From contig OZ336877.1 in the NCBI GenBank assembly GCA_965287045.1, forward strand, positions 56,234,001 through 56,298,000: DNA of 64,000 nt, written 5' to 3'. This stretch comes from Carcharhinus amblyrhynchos. Its lineage: Eukaryota. Below are positions 39,515 to 51,332 of the stretch, one piece after another. Position 1 is the stretch's first letter. Each line of letters begins with the position of its first letter. Both the position numbers and the translations under genes were made by a program. The notes under the pieces were generated by a model, which was not told the DNA's origin, searched no databases, and worked only from the letters and a program-made list of their open reading frames with translations.

Positions 39515-39624
39515 GTAATTCCTGGTTGGCATTTCAGAGTTCATCTTTCCTCCTCTTGTTCTGCTTAAAAAGTTTAGTGAATGATGTTTGTCTTGGTAAC
39601 CTTCCAGCTGTGTTCATTAATAAG

Positions 39625-39777
39625 GCCATGATGTGGAGATGCTGGTGTTGGACTGGGGTGGGCACAGTAAGAAGTCTCTCAACACCAGGTTAATTTGGCG
39701 AGTCCTGATGAAGGAGCAGCTTGTGATTCCAAATAAAGCCGTGGGACTTTAATCTGGTGTTGTGAGGCTTCTTACTA
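39625..39777. mobile_element. Palindromic Penelope-like terminal-repeat insertion (family 2)
   Basis: Arms agtaagaagtctctcaacaccaggttaa / ttaatctggtgttgtgaggcttcttact; TSD ttcattaataag at 39613-39624 and 39778-39789. Confidence 0.8.
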
Positions 39778-40239
39778 TTCATTAATAAGAATCATACAGG
39801 AGTACTGCATGGATAGAGGCTCTTCAGCCCATTGTGTGCTTGTCAGCTAAAAGAGAGCTGTCACCCAGTTCTCATTTTCTAGCAAATCCAAGTATTTTTC
39901 AAATGCTGTGAATTTCTGCCTCTACCACCCTTTTCAGGCAGGATTACATATCCTGCCATTTTTGATTAATGTCTTTGCTGTTGCCCTGGCTAGGGAACTA
40001 ACTCATCTGTTAATGTTCTAATTTTGTGATTATAATGTGGCCTTACAGTGAGGTGCGAGATTCTACAACGTTGCAAGTGGAACTCTTGTTCTTGCGATCT
40101 CTGTTGGAAGTTACAATCCTTTGTGGTGTGTGACCTGTAGCAAACATCTTTCGTTTCAGCAAAAGACTGTGTTTTTAAAAAAGAATAGTTTGAAGTAGGC
40201 AAGATTCCTTTCCTGTCTTATTGAATTGCACTATGATAT

Positions 40240-40525
40240 ACAGTTGTATCAAAAACCTTGCTAAAATCCATATAAACTACATCAAATGCAATGTCCTCAT
40301 CAACCCTCCTTTGCTACCGCCTCCAAAAAAAATCAGTCACATGATCTTCCTTTCAAAAGTCCATGTTGACTCTTCACTTAATCTGCATATTTCTAAATGA
40401 ACATTTATCCTGTCCGTCAAAATCTTTGCAATGATTTTCCCACCACTAAAGTTAGGTGGACTGGCCTGTAATTACTTGGTCTATGTGTGTCTCCTTTAAA
40501 CAACAGTATGCATTAGCTGTCCTCG
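40240..40525 (-). mobile_element. CR1 RT fragment, antisense
   Basis: Reverse complement gives NYRPVHLTLVVGK and ESQHGLLKGRSC-like motifs. Confidence 0.7.
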
Positions 40526-40712
40526 AGCCCGTGTCATTGATTTAACTCTTTTGCTCCTTCCCTTTGCGTGAAAGACATCATAACACAGCTTCTATCTCAC
40601 TTCTGGTGTTTCAGAACTTTGAAATAATTGGTGCTTGTGTGCCATCTGCATCTTGATATCTTCCTTTTAAAGTTTCATTCAAATAACCAATATCTTCATT
40701 TTTAATTGTTAG

Positions 40713-40802
40713 AATCGTCAGCCACTAATGAATCCACTTACCACCGTCTCCAACATGAATCTACCTCTAAGGGCTAGTGTGCCACCACAGATGAGTGGTC
40801 AG
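40713..40802 (+). CDS. NCOA2: NCOA2 coding exon (~exon 18)
   Basis: ttgttag|AAT..CAG|gtaggt; 90 nt, phase 0-0; NRQPLMNPLTTVSNMNLPLRASVPPQMSGQ (not in the ORF track). Confidence 0.92.
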
Positions 40803-42097
40803 GTAGGTATCAGAAACTGGTGTGACATGTTTCTCACTTAATTAGTTATCATTTAATAGAAAACTTTATGTTTGAGGCATGATCCCTGGCCTTGGCTGAG
40901 ATAGTTGATCTCAGAGAAGTGGAGATTGGGTACCACAGTTGCCCTCTGCATCTTACAGTAGGGAGAAGGAAAATCAATTGGAGTTCTCATCCCTAATGAC
41001 TGCGGCTCGTGTTGGGAAAGGCATTAATTATCATTAATCAATAGACCTGTCGAGCTGATCCTGTCCTCGCTTCTAGCTTTCCAACGCTTATTGTTTAGAT
41101 TTAAAGGTGAAACATGCTTCCCCGAGCAAAGAATTAATGAATTGGCAGTAGACATTTCGCATTTTCGGATGAGGAAATGAAAATTTTATTTTGCACTCAT
41201 TTTAAAACAGCCACTTTGAAGTATACCTGTGTCTATTATTGTGGATTTCAGTGAGAAGTCTGTGAAAGCTCTACCAATCTTCCAGTATTCAAATGATTGT
41301 TGGAATAAAATGATGCCAGCTGTTGATGCAAAACTTGACCTTACAGTGATACAGTTTACAACACAGATTAATAAATGAAAAATGACTGAGCAGTGAATTA
41401 TAAACATTATTTCATCAGCATTTTCCTGAAAGAAGTCAGGACTGCAATGATCTTAGCATGTATTCCTCCAAATAATTCAGTCTGACAGATTAGCTAAAAG
41501 CACAGCTGAATTTCATGTTGCAAAGTCAAATCAACTAAACGTGAATGTTGTTAGAATAAATCCTGTGTGTAAATTTAGAAACTAAAAAGTTGTGAAAAAA
41601 AACTGCATTGTGAAGTAAGATAAGATCACCCTAGCCCCAGATGACCATAAATTGCTGTCCTCTGAGGTGACTGGTGGTGATTTCACCTGACAATCACCAC
41701 ACCTCAGGCAAGAGGCAAGGCTGAGAAGTTGGGGGCATTCATGAATAACATCTGCCATTACGGGAATTGAACCCATGCTATTGACATTGCTCTACATCAT
41801 GAACCAACAGTCCAGCCAACTGAGCAAAACTGACCCCCTGTAAAGTAGAAGTGTACAGAATTCCCTTACAAATTGATGTGGACAGTTATGGCAAGTGCTC
41901 TTCCTTATTAGGGTCAATATAATGAACTGTATTTTAGTTTTGGGAATCGTACAGCTAACGATATATATAGATATGCAAAATTAATCTGTATAAATATTCA
42001 ATGAAAAGTATTTAATATTTAGTGTTTAAACAGTTCCTAATATTATTAGAGTATTTGACTGTTAATGCTATAAATATATTTTCCATTTATTCTTCAG

Positions 42098-42323
42098 GGA
42101 CCTATTAATGCACAGATGCTGGCCCAGAGACAACGTGAGCTTTTGAATCTACATCAAAGACAGTTGCTGCAGCACCAAGTGCAGCAGAGAACCATGATGA
42201 TGCGGCAGCAGGGTTTGAACATCTCAGCAAACATGGCAGCCTCAGGCACCATGGCAGGTGCCATGAGCACCCCTCGGATTCCTCAGGCATCACCACAACA
42301 GTTCCCATACCCTCCAAACTATG
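42098..42323 (+). CDS. NCOA2: NCOA2 coding exon (~exon 19), short form
   Basis: tcttcag|GGA..TATG|gtactg; 226 nt, phase 0-1; [35 protein letters not shown]. Confidence 0.92.
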
Positions 42324-42530
42324 GTACTGGGCTTACTTCCCCACCACCTTCCACCAGTCCTTTCTCCCCAGTGTCCCCAAATCCTGGGTCACAGCTCCTC
42401 TCTCACAGCTCTTTGCATGGCTCCCAGATGAATCTGGCTAACCAGGGAATGATGGGAAATGTGGGAGGACAGTTTGGGCCTGTAATGAGTCCCCAAATGC
42501 AGCACAATGCCTTCCAGTTTCCCAGTTCAG
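42324..42530 (+). CDS. NCOA2: Alternative 207-nt in-frame extension of exon 19 (second donor)
   Basis: Open frame [44 protein letters not shown] ending at CAG|gtactg, same phase 1. Confidence 0.85.
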
Positions 42531-43049
42531 GTACTGCCTTTCCTCTGAGTGCTGTTAACTTTAGAATGGCAAAAGCATTTATTATAAAAATTGTTTTATT
42601 CTTTTTCTTTTGTGCGTTGGGAATGATTGAACGAGTCAATTTTGGCTTTGCATTGGGTGTGGAGCTGTTGCTTGTAATCTCTTTACCTTATCTTATTTAT
42701 CCTGACCTGCCTTCCCTTTCTTGTGAATGTGACCTTTCAGTACTAACCTGCATGCACTGCCTAACTCTGCTCTGCTCAGTAGCGCTGTATTTCTATGAAG
42801 CCTTTAACCTGTGAAAAAAGCTCTCAGAAATAACTTCATTTCACAGCTCGATTGTACTGCACCATGATAAAATTTTCTATGTATACAACTACGTTGAAAT
42901 TAGTTTGTACTGATTTTACTTGTTCAAAAATTATTTACAAGGATTATTGGTCCAGGATCAAGTTATTGGTCCCAATTTCACATTAATTAGTTCATTTTTA
43001 TTTGCAAGATGTTGGGAACAAGAATATGAAAACCTTTACGACAAGTGAC

Positions 43050-43595
43050 TACCAAGACATTGACTGTAACATCATTAGGGAATTGGATGAATGGAAAGGG
43101 GAGTGTGCTGTATGCTGGGGAAACAGCGGATAAGTGGGTTTAGCATGGATAGTATCAGTTGAATAGACATGATGGGCTGAATAATGTCCAGCAATGTTAT
43201 AACTTCTATTAAAACATGTGATTCTGAGGGGGCTAATAGGGTAGATGCAGAGAGGACTTCCTCTCACAGGAATCTAGAGCTCAGAGCCACAGTTCAAAAA
43301 CAAAGGGTCAAGATAGAGCTGAGAAGGAATTTATTCTCTGAGGGTCACTGGTGTTTAGAATTCTCTTTTGCAGACAGCAGTGCAGCCTGGGCCAGTGAAT
43401 ATATTGAAAGCTGAGTTAGACCTTTTTTTTTATATGTTGAATGCTGAGTTAGACTGATTTTTGATGTACAAAGGAGTTGAGGGTCATGGGGCAGGCAGGA
43501 AAATGGAGTTACGGCCACAATCCGATAAGCCATGTCTTATTGAATAGCAGAGCAGACTTGAGGGGCCAAATGAATCCTCCTGCTCTTATGTTATT
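43050..43595 (+). mobile_element. CR1 LINE 3' fragments
   Basis: gagctgagaaggaatttattctctgagggt; tail gagcagacttgaggggccaaatgaatcctcctgctcttatg. Confidence 0.75.
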
Positions 43596-44634
43596 ATAAA
43601 GAGCACAAATTATTCCTGGCTGTATAACGACCAAGCCTACGCCATCAGCAAAAGATTTTGCTTGGAAGCTGGACTAACTAATAATTGCAATGGTAGCTCA
43701 TCACTTGCAAATGCCCCTTTTCACCCAAATAAATAACATTGCTGTACTTGTTCCTGACCACTAATTGATACTGTGCAGAGAATGGAAATGTACTGCTTGT
43801 TTGCCATTCTGTAGAGTATAAGAAGAATATTGCAAAGTCAATAAAAACATTACTGCAAACAAGTTTCTGATTCCATGCCAGCTGGTGCTGGGGCAAAGTA
43901 TTGAGTGTTGAATTGGTTGGATTAAGTTTCATACCTGTGATGCAATCTCTAATTATTTATATAAATAGAGGTCACCATTCCATCATTATCATCCTTGAGC
44001 CTGGGTAAGATGTTCTTTCAGAGAGTTGGTGCAGACTTGTTGGGCTTACTGGCCTTCTACACTGTAGGGATTCTGTGGTTTTTGGATGGTATGCTGAGGA
44101 CTGCGTTATTATTTGTCCTGCATATTTTGTTGCGGCTTGACATATATGATTGCAAAAGGAGTTGAAATTGATATTTTCTGAAGTATAGACTTTAAGGGTG
44201 CAGTTTTTAGCTTCTGAAGTAACACTGGATGTGTTAGAATTTTTAGAACTCCCAATCCTACCTCCATCAATAACAAATTCTGTTTGGAAGCTGGACTAAC
44301 TAGCAATTAAAGCGGTAACTCATTCATATAATGGAATAGAGATGTGAACGTCAATTTTACACAAATAAATAATATTGTAGTACTTAGTCAGCAGCTAGAT
44401 TTGGAATGTGAGGTAGGGTTTGGTTATTGAACTAGATCTTAAAGTATTTTACTTTGTGTTTACAAGTTCTCAAGCACTGTTGAATCATACTTGATGACAT
44501 TGAATTTTTTGGTTACAATTGTGTGGTACTGTTTGTAGATCAGTGTTTGTCACCAAGCTTGGTTTTGAAGAAGTGATTGACAAATTCTAACTTGAAGAAG
44601 TTGACATTTAAGCAACTTTAAGCTTTTTGTGTAA

Positions 44635-44730
44635 TGGAGATATTCCAAATATATAGTATACAGTAGCATTGATTTATTGTCTTGGAGATATTCCAAATAT
44701 ATAGTATACAGTAGCATTGATTTATTGTCT
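44635..44730. repeat. Perfect 48-bp tandem duplication
   Basis: tggagatattccaaatatatagtatacagtagcattgatttattgtct x2, followed by partial tgcagata. Confidence 0.95.
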
Positions 44731-44850
44731 TGCAGATACCAATTTCACAAGAACACAAAAGCATGTCCATTGTCTTTTATCATGCTCTTCTGAAGCACCT
44801 TAGAACACTTACAAATATAACTTGCTGTTATTGTTTACGAAAAAATTGTA

Positions 44851-45166
44851 GACATAAGAACAAGGAGCAGGAGTACGCCATCTGGCCCTTGGAGCCTGCT
44901 CTGCCATCCAATAAGATCATAGCTGATCTTTTCATGGACTCAGCTCCACTTACCTGCCCACTCACCATAACCCTTAATTCTTTTACTATTCAAAAATCAA
45001 TCTATCTTTGCCATAAAATTGTTCAACAAGATAACCTCAACTGTTTCACTGGACAGGGAATTCAACAGATTCACAACCCTTTGGGTGAGGAAGTTCCTCC
45101 TTAACTCAGTACTAAATCTGCTCCCCCTTATTTTGAGGCTATGCCCCCTAGTTCTAGTTTCACCTG
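44851..45166 (-). mobile_element. CR1 LINE 3' end, antisense
   Basis: ORF 44997-45191: GETRTRGHSLKIRGSRFSTELRRNFLTQRVVNL, closely related to 8976-10097. Confidence 0.9.
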
Positions 45167-48023
45167 CTGTAAAGTTATCAAGACTAGCCAATGACCTGAT
45201 TAATATTTAGAGACCACTCCAAGGCTAACAGGAATGTAATCTTATTATACATGTAAAAAAACAATGTAGAAGATTGGTTGTTAATCCAAATATTCTGATG
45301 TGTCAAGAGTTTATGTACAAGATTAGACTTCAGCAGTAGCAAATAAATACTGAAGTGTCTTCACATTCCTTTAGATGTATTTGCTCAGAATATCCAGCTT
45401 TAATGTGAGTTTAGCACAGGCCCAAAAATAACCATTTGACTTATTGTGGAAATGGAAAGCTTTCAATAACAGTGAAAATATTATTTATAGGACGATCCCT
45501 TTAGGGAGTGTAATGAATAAGATTGCTTTATACAGCCAATTTCCATTATACATTCCAATGTAGGCATTTATAATGGAACAAATGAACAAGAACCACTGTT
45601 ATATGTAGCATTCCTAATATCAGGGTAATAAGTAAAATGTTACAAAGAAAAGGGCAAAATATATGACTTTAAAACAGATAGTGATTAACTTCCAGTATTT
45701 TGATCAAATATTCCTAACCTGTAATCCCTCTGTACCTGAAGACTACATTTGGTCTCGACTCAGTATTGAGTGGCACAGGAAATTGAATAGCATATTCTAG
45801 ATTTACAATCCAGACTGACTAAAATCTTATCCAGGAGAGCATGTTATCAAATATTGTTAAATTTAATTTGAAATAAAAACTTGGATTTAATTTGTAAATA
45901 AACTTCTTTATTTACTAAAACATTTTGTTCAGTAAATTCTGTTTTTTACAAAACTTGAAAGGAATTGCTTGGTTCCGAAAATGATCCTGTTTTAGTGGAT
46001 AATGTGCCATAATAAATTTAGTAGCAGTCTTTCATCAGCCATTTCATATTGGCATCTTGTTAAACTGGGTGAATCGAGTACTGAATCATAATTGCACAAC
46101 AGCATCCAAATAATAATGCAAATGGGATCTCGGGCTTAAAATGAACTTCAAATGCTAGATGTGCTTTTTGGTTTTGGTACACTGAGGCACGTTTTCATAA
46201 TTTAGAAATGGGATAGTGATTTCCATTTACTAATTGTTCTAACCAGAATAGGGATTCATGCAGCATCCAGGATATCATATCAAGTTTTGACTGAACATTA
46301 AACTAATCTGATCACTTTCTAGAGTAGAGACTAAGCTGTGCTGATGTGGAAACTTTGTTATTAATCTTGCACTGATGTGCTGTTTTTGGACAATTTGCTT
46401 TATCCCAACTCTTAATTCCTTTAATATATATTGCAATGATCTTAAAGTAAATTCAACTTAAAAGAAAATTAACCTGAAATAAGAAATGGTATTCCTTCAT
46501 TTGTAGTAGTACAGTTGTAGAATTACTAAAAAGGTAATTCTCTAGCTTGCTACGTATAATTGTAGAAATTTCCATTTTCCAAGAACATGCACGTTATGAA
46601 TTAGGCAAGTTAAATAGTTTTGGTTCTGTCCTTTCCCCTCCAGAGTTTGACCCAACAACACAACACCATAATGAATGTGATACTTTGTGATTAAGAGTAA
46701 ATTGTTTCAGTACACAGTTAGTAACTTTGATACTCTGGTGTCTAATGGGCTAAATCCATCATGTAATGTGGGAAAAACTTATGCATTAAGGCGGCCTCGG
46801 GCATGAATCATGTCCTCTTTGGAATTAGCTAGTCTGACTCCAATTGTGTCATATATCCCAGAGCTCATACTCCTATTGAGGAATCTTGTGGGAGTTCTTT
46901 GGTGGGTACAGGCTAAGCCTTGATTACAATGACTTTAACATTGACTGGCCAACTAAAGAGGAGAAATGATAGAAAGTTCATGAGAGAGAAATGTTATAGT
47001 ATATTGAAAGAATATCTTAAGAAAAAAGCTCCTTTTAAGAAATGTAGTTTAAAAAAACACAATCATAATTCTGTGTGAATGCATTGTGACAATTTTTTAT
47101 AGCAGTCACTAAAATTATGGCAGAATTGGTCTTATGCTACAGTTTGGTGTACATGAAAGATAAGTAGTGCGAGGACACTGAAGACTGGATTGCTAAAATG
47201 GGTTTTGAGGAGACTTTTAAATGGCACTGTCATAGCGAGTCCAAACCTTAGGACTCGACACTAACAAAGTAAATCCAAAGTAAAATACGCATATTTGTTG
47301 ACGCAAGAGAAACAATACCTTGCTGTTGCACTTTCCTCTTACCTCTTTTCAGCAGTTCACGTAGATTTCATTTTGTGGATGTCACCATATAAATCGTTAA
47401 TTCCTGTTTCTGTCCATCTTTCCATAAACCTCGACAATTTTATTGTGTTCCTTCAGTCTGTACAGACAGATTCTTGTACATTGGTTTTTTATGTGATTGT
47501 GAATGATGGATTAACTGGAGACTGATGCTTTCGATAGAACCAAGTGGTAAATCAAAATATGCTTGTGCTATTAGCAGAGACAAATCACACTAAAACATCA
47601 TTAATCCTGGAATCCAGTGGTCACAGGTTAGCTGATCACAAATAAAGAAGCCAGCCTGTGTTTTAATGTTTGGCTGCTTCCAATTTTATACAGTGGTCTT
47701 GCAAACATTTCTTCGGAGAAAAGGCTGTAAGCATTTGGACAATGGAGCCAAAGTATGCAACTGCAGTGACAGACCCATTTTAAACAAATTACGTCATGTA
47801 TAACTAATTGATGCTATGCAGCTTAAAGTTTTAAAATAAATCCTGTCAGCCATGTTGACATTTAACTGGATTTTTGTTTTTTTTCTAATAATTCATACTC
47901 TGGACATTGTTATCTAGGTAGGAGAATTGTTTGAAATTTATTATTTTGTTTGTACATTTTTATAATTGTACACAGAATAATAGCTTTTTTCAAAGTTACT
48001 ATATCTGCTTTGTTTATTCACAG

Positions 48024-48201
48024 GGATCAATCAACAATCTGATACAGGATTTGGTGGGGCTACAACTCCCCAGAGCCCATTATTGTCCCCACGGATGAGT
48101 CATACGCAGAGTCCAATGATGCCGCAGTCTCAATCTACACCTACTTACCAGTCACCTTCGGAGATTAATGGCTGGCCACAGGGAAACCTAAATGGAAATG
48201 G
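48024..48201 (+). CDS. NCOA2: NCOA2 coding exon (~exon 20), AD2
   Basis: ttcacag|GG..ATGG|gtactt; 178 nt, phase 1-2; [47 protein letters not shown]. Confidence 0.95.
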
Positions 48202-49902
48202 GTACTTCTGATTATCTCCCATAAACTTTGAATTTAAGCTTTAAAGTATTCTATATACACACTTGGGAGTTGGGTAGAATAATCTTGGCCCTAGCCATAG
48301 TAACTGCATCAGTCTTGAAGAAGGTCTACCACCTTATTTAGGGCACCTTGCAATGGGCAATAAATACAGCCTGGCCATTTTTGCTGACTTTTGAAGAAAT
48401 AAAAAAGAGTAATATGTTTAATGATTGGCAGTGGATTAGATCATGTGCCTGTGTGGAGAAGAGTTGTTTAAATCTTGCAGAAAGGAAAACAGCCGTTAAT
48501 GTTGATCTAACATGTTCTGTAATTGCTGTTGTTAAAGTCAGTATCCCTTTTTGGGTAGTTTTTGCTGCAGGCTGTATTTGCTATAGTGGGAAAGGGGGTC
48601 TCCAGAAATGAATTGGTCCAAAGGTAGACATAAAGTTATCTTGTAGTATCTGCAGTATTACAATCTTGGGAAAGATCGGCAATTAAATAGAAGGAATCTG
48701 AAATCCCAGTTATTTACTAACAGAATAAAGCCAGAAGATTCCACTGTTTAGAACATATAATTTTACTATAAAAGAATCCGTCAAAGCAAAGACTTCTTAA
48801 TCACCTAACTCTCAAACCCCAAGTCAACATGATGTAAACATGAATTAACAGGCAGTTTACGTTCAGTTATAAACTGTAAATTGCATATTTAAATAGCAGA
48901 TACAACTGAGACAGATTTTATGAATTGGCTTAAACGTCTACCCAGCATAGAAGTCATCAAAGTCAATCAGAAAATCTTTCAAAACTCTCTTCTTTACAAA
49001 GAATTTCAGCTCCTCTTCTAGGATATAGCCTGATCCCCCAACTGACTACAAAAGCACTTACAACCCAAGTTCCACAGATGTGGTCATCACCAAAAAGTGG
49101 CTCATGTCTGCAGCACCTCCTATAATCAACCTGGATGGCTTAGATCTACCAATGTTATCTTCAAATAACAGAAACACCTGTAACAACAGCACATTTGTCT
49201 TCTTCCAGCTTCTGGGTCTAGCCTCCCTTTTTCAGCCTGCTTGTACTGTACTGCTGGACTCATCAACTTCTGCAAAGCTCTGATGACTCTGTCTCCTTTT
49301 ATATAGTTTTAGCTGGGAGTTATGGTTTCCGATTCTCAATTTCAGTCTTAGTTTGCTTGGTTGGTTGCTCTTTTCTGGTTGCCCTTTTCCATTAACATCC
49401 ATCTCAAAAGATACCACCTTTGTCTGCATGTTCCATCATAATAAGATCTTCATTGTTCAGAAAACTTCTGTACTGGATTGTGATAACAATGTGTATGTTA
49501 AAGCTGCAAAGCAAATGCAATATATACCAATGCTGTACAAAAGAGCGTAAATATTTTATATGGAGGCACAGTGAATGGTGTGGTTGAATGAGAACAAGAG
49601 TGATTATTGAGCGAGCATTAGTATGGGGCGGGATACAGATGACTGTAGATTTTGTGTATATGGATAACAAACAGTGTGTTGCAATAATTTGTTTCAGTTG
49701 TGCAAAAGTGTATGTAAACATTTCAGCACTGAAAATACAAATGAAACTATTGTGGCTTAAAGGTGGCAATTAATGCGCCTGCAAAATAATTATGCTTATC
49801 CATTGTAAGAATCAGAATATCTGACAGATGAGACCCATGTGATAAAATGTTTTGTGGGAAATGTGCTTAATCTAATAGTTGATTTTTTTTCTTGTAACAC
49901 AG

Positions 49903-50101
49903 CATGTTTTCGCAGCCATCCCCACCACAGTTTGGACAACAGGCAAACACCAGCATGTACAGCAACAATATGAATATCAGTGTTTCTATGGCAACCAATA
50001 CTGCCAGTATGAGCAACATGAATCAGATGTCAGGGCAGATTAGCATGACCTCAATGACCTCTGTGCCTACATCAGGATTGTCCTCTATGGGTGCTGAACA
50101 G
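49903..50101 (+). CDS. NCOA2: NCOA2 coding exon (~exon 21), AD2
   Basis: aacacag|C..CAG|gtaaga; 199 nt, phase 2-0; [41 protein letters not shown]. Confidence 0.96.
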
Positions 50102-50819
50102 GTAAGAGATAAGCGGTATTTTCTGAATGTAATTGAAATTAACACATGTTATATTAGCAGTAAAATGTTTGGAACAATACCTACGATTTAAGCATATGCA
50201 TCTTACCAAAGGCTAGAGACTTGAAGGTGGGACAATTTTAAGATTATTGTGAAAATGCTTTATTGAAGTACTATCTATTGGGAAGCATTTCAAGTATTTA
50301 CGGTCTAGGATAAAAACCAGAAGTATTAAACTAGAATGCTACTTATTGCGATCAAAATTCACTGAAAGAAGATACTGTTCTTGCAGATACAAGTTGCTGC
50401 TGCAGTGTTCTTGGCTCATCTTTCAATGTTGTGTTGTAAAAACAGCTAACACATTTTTATAAATCATTTAATTGTATTGTCAGAGGTTGTGCTGCTTTCT
50501 AATAGCCAAATGGAAATTCATTCTTTTTTTTACTGGATATGTACAATACTTAGCATTAAAGGTTTAAAATTTCTATATGTTTAAATTCTGGACATTTGGC
50601 ATTTGGATATATAATTTTATGACTCGGAATTTTAATGGATCAGCAATAAATCTTCAGCTCCAGATTCTTATCTGTCCACTTTGTTCCTATTCTTTTAATT
50701 TGCCTGTACTGATCTGGACTAAGACATTAACTGTTTGTAGTGAAATGCACAAAGAAGAGGGCATGATTCTCTCTCTGCCTGCTGTCAGAAATATTTTTTA
50801 AATTGTAAGACTTCTTATA

Positions 50820-51332
50820 GAAGCAGAGACAGGGAACATTTTCATAAGGAAATGGCAGAGGCATTGAACAAATATTTTGCCTGTCGTCAAGTGGAAAACC
50901 AGAAATAGATAATAAATTAGGGGCTGTAAAGTGAGTATCAGCAGATAAAAAGCATTGGAGAAACTTGAGGGACTAAAACTGATGACCTACACCCTAAGGG
51001 TTCTAAAGAGATAGTTGCAGAGATGGTGGATGTGCTGGCTATGATTTTCCAGAATTCCTTGGATTCAGAGACAAGCCCATTGGGTTGGAAGATGGCAAAT
51101 ATTACACCACTTTTCAAGAAAGGAGAGAGAAGAGACACAGAAAACTATAAGCCAGTTAGATGAACATTAGATGTTGGGAAAATGGTGGAGTCTATTACAA
51201 AGGAAGTATTAACAATGCACTTAGGCATAATTTGATTAAAACAAATCAGCATGGTTTTACCAAAAGGAATATCCTGTTTGACAAATTTACTGGAGTCTTT
51301 TGAGGATATAACTAGTGGGATAGATAGAGGAC
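50820..51332 (+). mobile_element. CR1 LINE ORF2 internal fragment
   Basis: MAEALNKYFA, WKMANITPLFKKG, ENYKPV and SCLTNLLESFE motifs. Confidence 0.88.
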
